DNA of 64,000 nucleotides, taken from an uncultured Verrucomicrobiae bacterium (GTDB lineage Bacteria > Verrucomicrobiota > Verrucomicrobiia > Chthoniobacterales > UBA10450). The notes beneath the pieces were generated by a model. It saw only the letters and a list, made by a program, of their open reading frames with translations. It was not told the origin of the DNA and did no database searches. A program made the position numbers and the translations under genes. Of the stretch, positions 10,345-21,316 are shown piece by piece (positions within the stretch are counted from its first letter, which is position 1; each line of letters starts with the position of its first letter). The stretch lies in assembly GCA_963726745.1 (NCBI GenBank), contig CAVSDR010000004.1:1-64000 (forward strand), read 5' to 3'.

Positions 10345-12096
10345 ATGAAGAGGATTTCGTGCGGCTTGCTTCTGGTCGGATCAGTGATGCTTTCGTCTTT
10401 CGCGTTTGCGGCGGACCAGCCGGACCCGGCCAAGGAGGTCACCCGGCTGGCGGACGCTTACGTGCAGGCCTACCTCGAACGCTTCCCGGAGAGCGCCGCT
10501 TTTGCCGGGATGACACTGCCGCACAACGACCGCTTTTTCGATAACTCCGAGGCCGCTTACAGGGCTTGGGAAAAGCGCGAGGACGGCTGGCTGGCTGAGC
10601 TCTCCAAGATCGACGAGTCGGCGCTCGATCGGATAAACCGGAATGGGTGACCTACGGGTTCCTGCGCAAGGCGCTGGAATCGGCGCGCGGCCTGCGCGTC
10701 TGCCGGGAGGAACTCTGGACGGTGAACCAGATCGGCGGCTGGCAAACTGCGCTGCCGGATTACCTTGGCCTTCTGCCGGTGGGCACGCCGGAACGCCGGG
10801 CGGATTTGCTCAAGCAATGGAACACGCTGCCGAAGTTCCTCGCGACACGACCTCGCGAACCTCAAAGCCGGACTAGCCGCGGGCTACTCTACCCCGCAGC
10901 ACAATGTCGAGCTGGTCATCGCACAGCTCGATGGCTACTTGGACGTCCCGGTGGAGAAATCGCCGCTTTACGCGCCCGCCTTGCGCGACACGGACCCGGC
11001 CTTCGTCGCGAGCTGGAAGAAGCTTTTAGCCGACAAGATCAATCCCGCGATCAGCCAATACCGCGAGTTCCTGAAGAAAGACTATCTGCCGAAAGCGCGC
11101 ACCGAAATCGGAGTCTCGGCCAACCCGAACGGCGCGGCCTGTTATGCCGCTTCCTTGAAGGCGCAAACCGGCCTCGACATTTCGCCCGAGGAGATGTTCG
11201 AGAAAGGCCAGCAGGCCGTCGAGGAACAGCAAGCCACAGCCAAAGTGCTGGCAAAAAAAGTCTACGATACCGAGGACCTAAGCGAAATCCGCAGCAAACT
11301 GGAAGCGGATCCCGAGAATCACTTCAAGACGCGGGAGGAAGTGATGGCTTACTCCCAGGCCGCGGTCGATCGCGCCTGGGCGGCTTTGCCGAAAGCGTTC
11401 GGCATTCTTCCAAAGGCGAAGGTGCGGATCGAACCGATCGGCGCCTTCGATGAGGAACACGGCGTGCCGCATTACGTCCCCGCCTCCGAAGATGGCAGCC
11501 GCCCCGGCACTTATTACATCTCGCTGTTTGAGCCCAAGAAGCAGTTAAAGTCGCGCGTCGAGATGGTGGCTTTCCATGAGTGCGTCCCTGGTCATCATCT
11601 GCAGATCGCCATCGGCCTTGAGTTACCTAAGACTCATCCGATTACGCACCTGATCTGGAACGGTGGCTTTGGTGAAGGTTGGGCCGTTTATTCGGAAAGT
11701 AAGCTGGCCATGGCGATGGGACTGTTTAGCTCCGAGCGCAATCAGCTCGGCGAAGTGGTGCAATTCCCCACCGGCATGGTGGCCGATCCTGGCATCCACG
11801 CGAAAGGGTGGACCCGCCAGCAGACGATCGATTACTTCCTCGCCACCCGTCCCGATTACTCGGCCAAGCTGGCCGAATCGCAGACCGATCGCATCGTCGT
11901 CACCCCGGGCCAGCTCACCACCTACTGGGCCGGCGCGCTCGAGATCATGGCCTTGCGCGCGCAGGCCGAGAAAGCATTAGGCGACAAGTTCGACCTCCGC
12001 GCCTTCCACGACCAGGTCCTGAACACCGGCTCGATCACACTCCCGATGTTGCAGGAGAAGATCGGCCGCTGGCTCGCTGGTTCGAAAGGCCGGTAA
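10345..12096 (+). CDS. DUF885 family protein (frameshifts near 10645 and 10850)
   Basis: Signal peptide with HECVPGHHLQ, EGWAVYSE, PGQLTTY and FDLRAFHD motifs spread over three ORFs. Confidence 0.85.
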
Positions 12097-12133
12097 CAAC
12101 TGCCGTCGAACGCCAGCAGGCTTCGGCTTTCAC

Positions 12134-13591
12134 TCACGGCGTCACTTTCGCGAGCGCTTCCATCTGCCAGTGGAGGTACTCGGGTTTGCCGTCCTTACTG
12201 CGCAGAACGAGGAATTCCGTCGCCTCCTCGCTTCCCGGCAGGTTGTAGGCAAAACGATCGCGGCCGATCTTTCGCACCGGCGTCTCGATCTCCCAGCCTG
12301 GACCTTCGCCGACGGTGGTCGGATAGCTGGCTTTGCGATGCAGCTTTCCATCGCGGATGACCAGCTCGGTGCGGAGCAGGCCGTTGCGATAAACGCCCGC
12401 GACTTCTTCCATCTCGGCTAACGAGAGCGGCATTTCCTCGACCGGCGGCAAAGAAGGCTTAGGCGACAATTTCAGAAACATCTCCATCGCTTTCTCCGTC
12501 GTCTGATCCAGGATGAGCGCCGTTTTGTTCGTGATCGTGATGACCGCGAAACGTTCTTTCGGCGCGAGCACCATGAAGGCGCCGAATCCCGGGATGATCC
12601 CGCCGTGGAATGCGATCGGCACCCCGCGATGCTCGTGCATGAAGAAACCAAAGCCGTAGGTCGTGCCCGTCCAGTAGCCCTTCGGGTTATCGAACGACGG
12701 CGGCACTTCCGCTCGCGGCTTGGTCAGCGTCGCGAAGAGCGTCGGCGCGAGCACTTGTTTGCCGTCGATCTTGCCGCCGTTCATGAGCGCGAGCGCAAAC
12801 CGCCCGAGGTCGCCCGCCGTGGTGAAATAAAATCCCGCCGGCCAGTCACCCACGTTGTTCGCCACCGGCCGCACCACCGTCGGCTTCGCTTTGCCTTCGG
12901 CGTCGTGCCCCTGCGCATGCGGGTAAGTCATGGCCGTGGTCGGGCGAATGAAGGTGTGCGTCATCCCCAGCGGCGCGAACAACCGCTCCTGCATCACATC
13001 CGCGAATGGCTTCCCGCTCAGTTGCTCGATCGCGTAACCGGCCAGGATGTAACCCGCGTTCGAGTAGGAAAAAACGCGGCCCGGTTCGGTAAAGAAATAA
13101 TCTTCGTCGCGATAGGCGCGCACCTCCGCGGCCAGCGCACTCTCTTCCTGCGCGCAACAAATGCGCGCGAAGGAGATCAGCCCCGCCGAATGACTGAGCA
13201 ACTGCTCAAACGGCAACCGCGAAAGCCGCGGCGCCAATCCCGGCGCCGCCTTCTCGAGCGGCGCATCCGTCGCAATCTTGTGCTCCTCGAGAAGCGCAAG
13301 CAGCACCGACGCCGTCAGCATCTTCCCGATCGACCCCGACCGAAAAAGCATCCCCGCCGTCACCGGCGCGCCGCTCTCGACATCCGCCACGCCGAAGCCC
13401 TGCTCATAGATCACGCGGTCCCCGCTCACGATCGCGACCACCGCGCCGGGCGTGTTCTTTTCCTGCAACTCTGCCCGGACCACCTCCTCCAGCTCGCGGA
13501 AATCACGCCCGGCGGCGAAAGCGTTTCGCTCCACCCCAAGCATGAAACCAAGGAGCGCGACCAACCGAAGCAGATGCCAGTGCTTCTTCAT
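12134..13591 (-). CDS. Serine hydrolase, beta-lactamase class C-like
   Basis: Signal peptide with SxxK (SIGK), LLSHSAG, YSN and HGG motifs. Confidence 0.9.
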   Translation of the reverse strand: MKKHWHLLRLVALLGFMLGVERNAFAAGRDFRELEEVVRAELQEKNTPGAVVAIVSGDRVIYEQGFGVADVESGAPVTAGMLFRSGSIGKMLTASVLLALLEEHKIATDAPLEKAAPGLAPRLSRLPFEQLLSHSAGLISFARICCAQEESALAAEVRAYRDEDYFFTEPGRVFSYSNAGYILAGYAIEQLSGKPFADVMQERLFAPLGMTHTFIRPTTAMTYPHAQGHDAEGKAKPTVVRPVANNVGDWPAGFYFTTAGDLGRFALALMNGGKIDGKQVLAPTLFATLTKPRAEVPPSFDNPKGYWTGTTYGFGFFMHEHRGVPIAFHGGIIPGFGAFMVLAPKERFAVITITNKTALILDQTTEKAMEMFLKLSPKPSLPPVEEMPLSLAEMEEVAGVYRNGLLRTELVIRDGKLHRKASYPTTVGEGPGWEIETPVRKIGRDRFAYNLPGSEEATEFLVLRSKDGKPEYLHWQMEALAKVTP

Positions 13592-13851
13592 CTCGATAAA
13601 GCTGCGCCTCGCCGTCCCGTCTTTATGACAAGACCTCCCGAAGTCTTATCACCGCTGGAGGCGCGGCTGCGAGCTTTTCGAAATGCGGAAGAAGGACAAG
13701 GTCTTTCCTTCGGTTGGAAGTGAGTTGCTTTGGGCGATCCAAAATCCCGCGGAAACGGCAGCCACAATAGGGGCGCCGGACAAAGTGCCGGGCGCGGATC
13801 GCGTGCGTTTTTGGCGTTGACGAAAAGATGGCCGGAGCTGCTTGATAAGGC

Positions 13852-15168
13852 ATGCGGACGGCAACGTCCTTGTTCTGCTTTTCGGCTTGCCTTGTCGCCG
13901 GGCTCAGCCGCTTCCTGCTCGCGGAAGAACCGCCCGGCCTGCATCGCGCGCTCGAGAAGCTGGCTCGCGAAGGAAAATTCAGCGGCGCGGTCGTGGTGCG
14001 CGGGGCCGATGGCGTGCGCTTCGCGCGCGGCTACGGCTGGGCTGATCCGTTCGAGAAACGGGCCTTCACGCCCGAGACGCCGGCCGACAGCGCCTCGCTC
14101 GCCAAGCCGGCGACGGCGGCCGCGGTCCTCCTCCTCGCGCACGAGGGGAAGATCGAGCTCGACGCGCCGGTGCAGCGTTATCTCCCGGAGTATCCGCATC
14201 CCGACGCGACCGTGCGCCATCTCCTATCGCACTCGGCCGGCTTGCGGTTCCCGAAGGAAGTGACGGAGAAGAGCAACGCCCAGCTCCTGGCCGAGGCGGG
14301 CGACCCGCGATTTCCTCCCGGCAGCGCATTCACCTACTGCAACCTCTGCTCGGTCACGCAGGCCATGCTGATCGAGCGCGTCAGCGGCACCGATTATCTC
14401 GAGTTCGTGAAGCAACACCTCGCCCTGCCGTCAGGTGTAACCCTGCGGCCGGCGCGACTGGCCGACTGGACCGGGCGGGCGATCGGTTACCGGCGGACAA
14501 AAGACGGCAAGTTCGAGCGCTTCGATAGCTGGGAAGGCGAGCAATTTTATGGCGCAGCTAATTTCAGCATCTCGGCGTCGCAGCTCGCCGAGTGGGGCAG
14601 CGAATGGTGGCAGCCGCGTCTGGAGCCGATCCGTAAGGCCGCGACCACACGCGCGCGGATTGGCTCGAATGAATTAGGGCTCACGCTCGGCAATTGGTAT
14701 TGGGCACCCGATGGACGGCAATTCCATTACCTCGGGCACCACGAAGGCTTTCACCACCTGCTCTACTGGGACGCGGACCGCCGAATCAGTGTGGCGATGA
14801 TGAGCAACAACACGCTCGCGCCCGGCCTGCAGCAACCTCTGCAGCGCGCTCTGGTCGCGTTCGCCCGGGGCGAACCCGACCGCGCGACGCGCGAGCTGGG
14901 ACGCGAAATGGAGGATCAGCCGGTGCCGGCGGGGCGATTCAAACTCGACTCGGGCGAAACCGTCGAGGTGCTCGCGAACGGCGATGACCGCTCTGTTCGC
15001 CGCAGCGGCATCGAGTATCCCGCTTACCTCGTTGCTTCCGGCATCCGCTACGTGCCAGGGTTGGATCTCTACCTTGCCGGAACGCCGGATGGAAAGCTGC
15101 GCTGGCTGACCCTCTACGAAGATCTCACCGGCAGCCCTGCGCCGGATGCCAGCCGGCACGCTCCCTAG
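13852..15168 (+). CDS. Serine hydrolase, beta-lactamase class C-like
   Basis: SxxK (SLAK), LLSHSAG, YCN and HYLG motifs. Confidence 0.85.
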   Translation: MRTATSLFCFSACLVAGLSRFLLAEEPPGLHRALEKLAREGKFSGAVVVRGADGVRFARGYGWADPFEKRAFTPETPADSASLAKPATAAAVLLLAHEGKIELDAPVQRYLPEYPHPDATVRHLLSHSAGLRFPKEVTEKSNAQLLAEAGDPRFPPGSAFTYCNLCSVTQAMLIERVSGTDYLEFVKQHLALPSGVTLRPARLADWTGRAIGYRRTKDGKFERFDSWEGEQFYGAANFSISASQLAEWGSEWWQPRLEPIRKAATTRARIGSNELGLTLGNWYWAPDGRQFHYLGHHEGFHHLLYWDADRRISVAMMSNNTLAPGLQQPLQRALVAFARGEPDRATRELGREMEDQPVPAGRFKLDSGETVEVLANGDDRSVRRSGIEYPAYLVASGIRYVPGLDLYLAGTPDGKLRWLTLYEDLTGSPAPDASRHAP

Positions 15169-15505
15169 CGAAGCGCTCGGAAAGATTGATTAAGTCGGTG
15201 CAATTAAACCGCCGCCGCGGTTTTGGCGCGACTTCCGCCTCGCGGACAACAGGAAGCTCGTAGGACTGGTCTTTACTAAGCAGACCCTGCCCCCTGCGCT
15301 AAGGACATAAATCGTCCGCTGCGGGCGCCGTTCGCGCGCCTCCCCGCGGCGCAGGCCGCGACCTGCTGGGAGCTTTCTCGGATGTCCCGAAAGTATTTCG
15401 ACCGGCCCCCCAGAAGACATTCCAACCGGTCCTGCAGACATTTTGCGGGTCCGGAAATCGTTTTCTTAAGCCTTTCCGCGTTCCCGATTTTGCCCATCGT
15501 CCCCC

Positions 15506-16873
15506 ATGCCAAAACCGACCCCTTCCGGCCAGAGCGGCCTGCTCGTCCTGCTCGGAGTCTTGTTCACCATCATTCTTGCCGGGCTCGATAACACCATCGT
15601 CAGCACGGTCATCCCGGTGGCTTTGCCAGAGCTTGGCGGCGCGCATCTCTACGCGTGGACCTTTGCCGCCTATATGCTCGCCGCGGCGGTCTCGATGCCA
15701 ATCTGGGGACCGGGCTCGGATCGCTGGGGACGCCGGCGCACTTATCTGATCGGGATCGCCGTCTTCACCATCGGGAGCGGGCTCTGCGCGCTTGCGCAAA
15801 CAATGATGCAATTCATCGCGGCGCGCGCGGTCCAGGGGATCGGCGCCGGCGCGGTCGCGACGCTGCCCTTCGTCCTCCTCGGGGTGGTTTATCCGCCGGA
15901 GAAACGCGGCCGCGCGCTTGGCGCTGCCAGCACCGCATGGGCGATCGCGAGTGTCGCCGGCCCGCTGCTGGGCACACTCATCGTGACGCATGTTTCATGG
16001 CGCTGGGCATTCTTGATCAACGTCCCCATCGCCATCGTGGCGGCGTTCCTCGTCATCTCCGGAACGGGCGAAAGCACCGGGCAAAGCAGCGGACGTTTCG
16101 ACCTCGCGGGCGCGCTCCTCGCCGGCGCAGGAGGCAGCGCTTTGATGTGGGCCTTTGTCGATCTCGGTGAAGGGAAAATCGGGTTGCTTCAGGCTGCGCT
16201 CATTGCCACGGGCATCATTCTGCTGGCCGTCTTCGTCTGGCATGAAGGACGCACGGAGCACCCGATCCTGCCGCTTAGTTTCTTCCGTCACGCTGGCTAC
16301 GCCTCCTCGATCTCCTCGTCGTTCCTCGCCTTCTTCAGCGGGTTCGGCCTGAGCTCGTATCTGCCGCTCGCGACTAACACCGCGTTTCATGAGAACCGCG
16401 CGATCGTCGGTCTCGTGGTCGGCGCATTCACCATCGGCTGGAGCACCCTCGCATTCGGCACTGGACGCCTGGTGCATCGCATCGGCGAACGTCTTCCCTG
16501 CGTCGTCGGGATCGTCATCCACATTCTCGGCCTGCTTCTGTTCATGGTGGCCTTCGCCCAAGGCTTGGTCTGGGTGGTGATCGCTGCGCTTGTCTCCGGC
16601 GCCGGCATGGGTTTGCTCTCGCCCGCGCTCACCGTCGTCGTGCAAAACAGCGTGCCCGTTGCCCGCATGGGCAGCGCGACGACTAGTCAGCAATTCATCC
16701 GGCAAGTTGGCGCAGCCCTAGGTGTGAGCTCGTTCGTGTTAGCCGCGACCGCTGGCGGATTTCGCGTCGCTCTGCTGGTGATGATTGCCGTCAGCGCCGG
16801 CGCATTCGCCTGCATCCTGGCCCTGCCCGCGCATAGCTTGCACGAGGCGCACAGCAGAGAAATAGCGCCATGA
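15506..16873 (+). CDS. MFS transporter (DHA2-like efflux)
   Basis: LDNTIVS, SDRWGRRR and WRWAFLINVP motifs; about 14 TM helices. Confidence 0.9.
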   Translation: MPKPTPSGQSGLLVLLGVLFTIILAGLDNTIVSTVIPVALPELGGAHLYAWTFAAYMLAAAVSMPIWGPGSDRWGRRRTYLIGIAVFTIGSGLCALAQTMMQFIAARAVQGIGAGAVATLPFVLLGVVYPPEKRGRALGAASTAWAIASVAGPLLGTLIVTHVSWRWAFLINVPIAIVAAFLVISGTGESTGQSSGRFDLAGALLAGAGGSALMWAFVDLGEGKIGLLQAALIATGIILLAVFVWHEGRTEHPILPLSFFRHAGYASSISSSFLAFFSGFGLSSYLPLATNTAFHENRAIVGLVVGAFTIGWSTLAFGTGRLVHRIGERLPCVVGIVIHILGLLLFMVAFAQGLVWVVIAALVSGAGMGLLSPALTVVVQNSVPVARMGSATTSQQFIRQVGAALGVSSFVLAATAGGFRVALLVMIAVSAGAFACILALPAHSLHEAHSREIAP

Positions 16874-16909
16874 GGCGGTAATCCCGCAACACGCGACCGC
16901 GCCCGTGGA

Positions 16910-17229
16910 TTACGCCGTCGCGAGAAGCGCACGGACCACCTCCGACAACGACTTCCCCGTCACGCACGGTGCGGCCATCGCCGACGAAGGCGTCGGCTAT
17001 TTCCGCGCCAGGTAACCGGTGCGCAGGCCGGCTTGGCTGGCGCCATCGACGTCCCAATCGTGCGCTGCGATCAATGCCAGCTCTCCCGGCGCCAGCTCCA
17101 GCCTCTTCGCTGCGTGCTGGTGAAAACAGATCACAGCGAGCCCGCAGGCAGTCCGAGCGCGCTGAGCTTCTCGTCGATCGGATCAATCGCAAAAAGCGTC
17201 TCGATGACGTCCAAGGCCACAGCCTTCAT
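16910..17229 (-). pseudogene. Haloacid dehalogenase type II pseudogene
   Basis: N-terminal MKAVALDVIETLF is joined out of frame to C-terminal LIAAHDWDVDGASQAGLRTGY, with the middle missing and an in-frame TAG. Confidence 0.65.
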
Positions 17230-17907
17230 TCATCGTTCCGCGGGCGGGCTGGCGGTTCGCTCCGGGTGAAAGAAGGCCGAGAAGGAATCCGCGTCCGTGC
17301 TCGCTGGCGCGCGCGGGATCCGCGCAGTCATGCGTCCCGCAGCGGCGCCCCAACCGCCCACCTTTTGCGCCTGCGCTTCTCGCTCGAGCCGCGCCAGCTT
17401 TTCTTGCTCCCGCTCCGGCGAGGCCAGGCCCACGGGAGCCGCCTGCGCGCCATAGACGCGGGCCAGACCATTGGCCACGAGCAGCTCCGCGAGGTCGCCT
17501 TCGCGCGTTTCCACGAAAGCGAAAAAGCGGGGCAACGCGCTCCGGCCCCGCGCGTCCTGCAGGCAGGTGCGAACGGTGAACGGCGTCGCCAGTTTCTCCG
17601 CGGCGAAGCGCTCCGCGAGCTCGCCCACCTTCAAGGCCTGCGGAACCGTGACGTGAAAATAGGCAGCCTGCTCGCCGACGCGCTCGGGAAAGCTGGCATC
17701 CGTCTCGGGCGCGTCCACCAGGTAAAGCCGAAAGATGTATTCCTTCCCACCGGCGCGGACGTGGAAGCTGTCGCCATCGTTGGCCTTGTTAGGCAAGAGA
17801 CGGCAATCCTTCAAGGTGATCCATGGTCCGTGGGCCCAGGCCGCGCTGGCGGACAGCCAGAGGAAGAAGGACAACCACGCGCGCCGCAAATTTTTCCAGG
17901 ACAACAT
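17230..17907 (-). CDS. Secreted thermonuclease (SNase) family protein
   Basis: Signal peptide with DGDSF, RLYLVDAPE, LLVANGLARV and ...AQAQKVGGW motifs. Confidence 0.85.
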   Translation of the reverse strand: MLSWKNLRRAWLSFFLWLSASAAWAHGPWITLKDCRLLPNKANDGDSFHVRAGGKEYIFRLYLVDAPETDASFPERVGEQAAYFHVTVPQALKVGELAERFAAEKLATPFTVRTCLQDARGRSALPRFFAFVETREGDLAELLVANGLARVYGAQAAPVGLASPEREQEKLARLEREAQAQKVGGWGAAAGRMTARIPRAPASTDADSFSAFFHPERTASPPAER

Positions 17908-17914
17908 CGAAGAT

Positions 17915-19177
17915 TTAGTCAGCCAGTTCTTCTGCGCCGACATTCCAGGATCGCGTTTTGCCATCGGCCAGGTCAAGGGAAACGAGGTGCTCGCCGGTGG
18001 CGGTAACGCCGTTCCTGGTCTGCTGGACCACGCCGTAAAGCAGCAGGTGCTGCGGCGTCTGGTAGCGGTGGCGCAGCTCGTGGAACGGCAGCTTGGCCAT
18101 CCACTGCGGCTGCAAATCATTCGTTAGGCGAGTGAGCGCCAGCCGGCCGTCCTCGTCCAGGCGGGTGCGGTGGAGCACGAGGAAACCGTCGGGATCCTGC
18201 ACGCCCATGACTTGCCTGGTTCCCTGCTGGACCAGCAAGCCAGCCTCAAGAAACTCCGGCGCGCCGGGAATGCGCGCGAGGTCGAAGAGCCGGTCGTGCG
18301 TCCCTTCGGAGAACTCTCGCGTCTTCCCGAGCCGCGCGCTCCAGAAGGTCCGCCGCGCCCGCGAGCTTTCGTAGAAGACGCTGTCAGCCTTTGAGCCCGG
18401 CTCCCCCGTGGCCAGCTTGTCGCCAAACTCGTCGTTCGCCGCATCGGCCGCTTCCTTCTCACTGAAAAGCCCGAGCCAGCGCCCATCGAGCCGCATTTGC
18501 CTAACGAGGAAATCGCGCGTGTGATAGCCCCCGCTCCCTTTGGCCACGGCCTGGAGCTGTCGGAAATAATCGTCGCTCGGCGGCGTGTAGGGCTCGGCTT
18601 TGCCGTCGGCTCCGCCAATCCGGAAACGGCGCGCATCCGCCGCCGTCACCACCAGGCCGCGATCGAAAAGGTAGAAGTCGAGCTTCGACGGAAGCAAGCC
18701 GCGCAGGGCGGGATTCTCTCGCTCGATCGTGGCCCGGTCGGCCAGCTGGCGGCCGTCCGCCGCGGAGAGCGCGACCGGCCCGTCATGCAGGAAAAGCCAG
18801 ACGACGGCGCCCGCCTGTCCGAGAATGCGCGCCTCAGCCACGCGCCCGCCGGCGTCTTCCTTCACCGTGAGCAGACGCTTTTTCCAAAGTCGCGCCGCGC
18901 TCGCTGGATCATGCGCCTGCAGGTCGAAGTGATACGACGTTTCCGTGACCAGCTTCCCGAGCAGCCGCCGGCTGCCGCCGAGACTGCGGGTTCGTTGTTC
19001 CTCTTGCTTCAGGAGCAACCAAAGCCGCGGCTGGCTCTCGTGCTGCACCAGCGCGGGCGGACCTTCGCGCTCCGGCGCACTCACACTGCTCTGGCTGCAC
19101 GCGGCGAGCATGGCTGCCAGCAGGCCACCGATCCAGATGGTGCCGACTTTCCGGGTAACCATCCGCCGAGTCTCCAA
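17915..19177 (-). CDS. Lipoprotein, possibly PA2928-like
   Basis: Lipobox LAAC and FLEAGLL...DGFLVLH motif; the family call is from recollection only. Confidence 0.55.
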   Translation of the reverse strand: METRRMVTRKVGTIWIGGLLAAMLAACSQSSVSAPEREGPPALVQHESQPRLWLLLKQEEQRTRSLGGSRRLLGKLVTETSYHFDLQAHDPASAARLWKKRLLTVKEDAGGRVAEARILGQAGAVVWLFLHDGPVALSAADGRQLADRATIERENPALRGLLPSKLDFYLFDRGLVVTAADARRFRIGGADGKAEPYTPPSDDYFRQLQAVAKGSGGYHTRDFLVRQMRLDGRWLGLFSEKEAADAANDEFGDKLATGEPGSKADSVFYESSRARRTFWSARLGKTREFSEGTHDRLFDLARIPGAPEFLEAGLLVQQGTRQVMGVQDPDGFLVLHRTRLDEDGRLALTRLTNDLQPQWMAKLPFHELRHRYQTPQHLLLYGVVQQTRNGVTATGEHLVSLDLADGKTRSWNVGAEELAD

Positions 19178-19210
19178 TGGGACGGCGACGCGTCAATCCG
19201 AAAGGACTCG

Positions 19211-20110
19211 CTACACCACCGCGGTTTCCGTTTCCTCGATCACTTCCGGCTTTCGCGGTTTCCCGAAAAGGACCGCGAGAAGCACGCCGGCGACGACGAA
19301 CCCCAGGCCCAGCACGGTCTGCGCGGTGTAGCGTTCGCCGAAAAGGAGCACGCCGAAGAGGAGCGCGTAGACCAGACCGAGGTAGTTCAAGGCTGCGACC
19401 GTGGCCACGCGCTCGGCCTGGAGAGCTCTCGTTAGGCAAACCTGCCCGATCTGCGTCAGCCCACCGCAAAGGAGGAGGCAGAGCCATTCCCACGGCACCG
19501 GCGTGCGCCAGTGGAAGAGCGTGAAGACGAGCCCGGCCCCGATGCCGACAAGCTGGAAGTGGAGCACGACCACGATCGTCTCCTCGCGCTCGCGCAGGCG
19601 GCGCACGAGATTGTAGGCCATGCCGGAGCAGAGCGCGGAGACGATGCCGAGGAAGAGGTAAAAGCCCGAGACGCGCGCGTCGAAGCCCTTGAGCACGAAG
19701 ACGCCGGCAAAGGAGAGCGCGTAGAAGAGCCACTGCCGCTTCGGCACCGCCTCGTGCAGCACAAAGACGCCGATGAGCGCAGTGAAGACGGGCGAGAGAT
19801 ATTGGATCGTGACCGCGGTCGCGAGGTGCATGTGCTGCAGGGTGATGAAGAAGGTGAAGAGCGCGAGCGTGCCGAAGCTGCCGCGGGCGAGCAGGAGCGC
19901 GTGGTTGTTCCCCTTCCAATCAAGCCGGCGGCGCGCGATCTCGACTGCGCAGATCAACCCGGAGATGAGGCAGCGGAAGAAGACGATCTCCATCGCCGGG
20001 ATGCGGTCGAGTTGCTTCACCAAGACGTTCATGACCGCGAAGGCCAGCGTCGCCAGGAGCATGTTGGCGACAGCGGGCGAGAGGCGGCGCGGAGCGGTCG
20101 AGGCAGACAT
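19211..20110 (-). CDS. DMT/EamA family transporter
   Basis: 10 TM helices in two EamA-like halves. Confidence 0.9.
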   Translation of the reverse strand: MSASTAPRRLSPAVANMLLATLAFAVMNVLVKQLDRIPAMEIVFFRCLISGLICAVEIARRRLDWKGNNHALLLARGSFGTLALFTFFITLQHMHLATAVTIQYLSPVFTALIGVFVLHEAVPKRQWLFYALSFAGVFVLKGFDARVSGFYLFLGIVSALCSGMAYNLVRRLREREETIVVVLHFQLVGIGAGLVFTLFHWRTPVPWEWLCLLLCGGLTQIGQVCLTRALQAERVATVAALNYLGLVYALLFGVLLFGERYTAQTVLGLGFVVAGVLLAVLFGKPRKPEVIEETETAVV

Positions 20111-20193
20111 GCCCGTAGCTCATACGCGGGCCGGTTCCGCGGACAAGAGGGATGGACAAATGCGCCGCCCGCGCCGAATTAGCCGGCACTTTC

Positions 20194-21295
20194 ATGAGCG
20201 AGACCGAGGAAATTACCGCGCGGGAGCGCTTCGAATGTCCCTCTTGCGGCGGCGCGGCCGAGTGGTCCGCGGCCCGGCAGGCGCTGGTCTGCCCCTTCTG
20301 CGGCACGGTCTCGCCGATGCAACCGCCGACCGATGGCTCGAGCGTGCGCGAGTACGATCTCGCGGAAGCGCTGCGCAACATCCCGCAGAGCGAGCGGGGC
20401 TGGGACACGGCCACGCGCTCGGTAAAGTGCCAGAGCTGCCAGGCGATCTCGGTCTTCAAGCCGGAACGCGTGGCGCAGAACTGCGACTTCTGCGGCTCCC
20501 CCGCGCTCGTGCCTTACGATGAAATCAAGGCGCCGATCCGGCCGGAAAGCGTGCTGCCGTTTCAGCTCGCCGAGAGCGCCGTGCGCGACCGCGTGCATGC
20601 GTGGTATCGCAGCCGTTGGTTCGCGCCTAACGAGTTCAAGCGCCGCGCCTTTACCGATACGCTCCACGGCGTCTACTTGCCCTACTGGACCTTCGACGCG
20701 CAGGTCGCAGCCGAGTGGACCGCGGAAGCGGGCTACCACTACTACACCACCGAGAGCTACACCGACTCGAACGGCCGCGAGCAAACCCGCCAGGTCCAGC
20801 AGACCCGCTGGGAATATGCCAGCGGCGCGCTCGCACATTTTTTTGACGACGAATTGGTCGCGGCTTCGCGCGGCGTGCCGGAGAACTTGTTAGGCAAGAT
20901 CGAGCCCTTCCCCACAAAGGAACTCGCGCCCTACGACGCGGGCTACGTCTCCGGCTGGGTGGTCGAGCAATATCAAATCGACCTCGTGGCCGCGGCCGCG
21001 AAATCGCGCGAGACGATGGACGCCAAGCTCCGCCGCATGTGCGCCGAGCAAATTCCCGGCGACACCTACCGCAATCTCGCGGTGCAGGCCGATTACAGCG
21101 CGCAGACCTTCAAGCACATCCTCGTGCCGGTCTGGCTGCTGAACTTATCAATACGGCGCGCGCACTTTCCGGATCATCGCCAATGGTGTCACCGGTGAGA
21201 TTGCCGGCAAATATCCCAAAAGCTGGCTCAAGATCGCGCTCCTGGTGCTCGCGATTCTCTCGGTGCTCCTGATCGTCGCTGCGACCCAGAGCTAG
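20194..21295 (+). CDS. Double zinc-ribbon membrane-anchored protein (frameshift near 21150)
   Basis: CPSCGG, CPFCG, CQSC and CDFCG motifs plus YLPYWTFD. The alternative frame continues NGVTGEIAGKYPKSWLKI and a TM helix to TAG at 21295. Confidence 0.75.
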
Positions 21296-21316
21296 CGCTC
21301 GTTAGGCAGCGCGCAC

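Noticed and set aside
15169..15505. Possible riboswitch upstream of the MFS transporter
   Set aside because: Only short repeats (AGACATT twice, GACCGG/CCGGTC) were seen, with no recognisable aptamer consensus.
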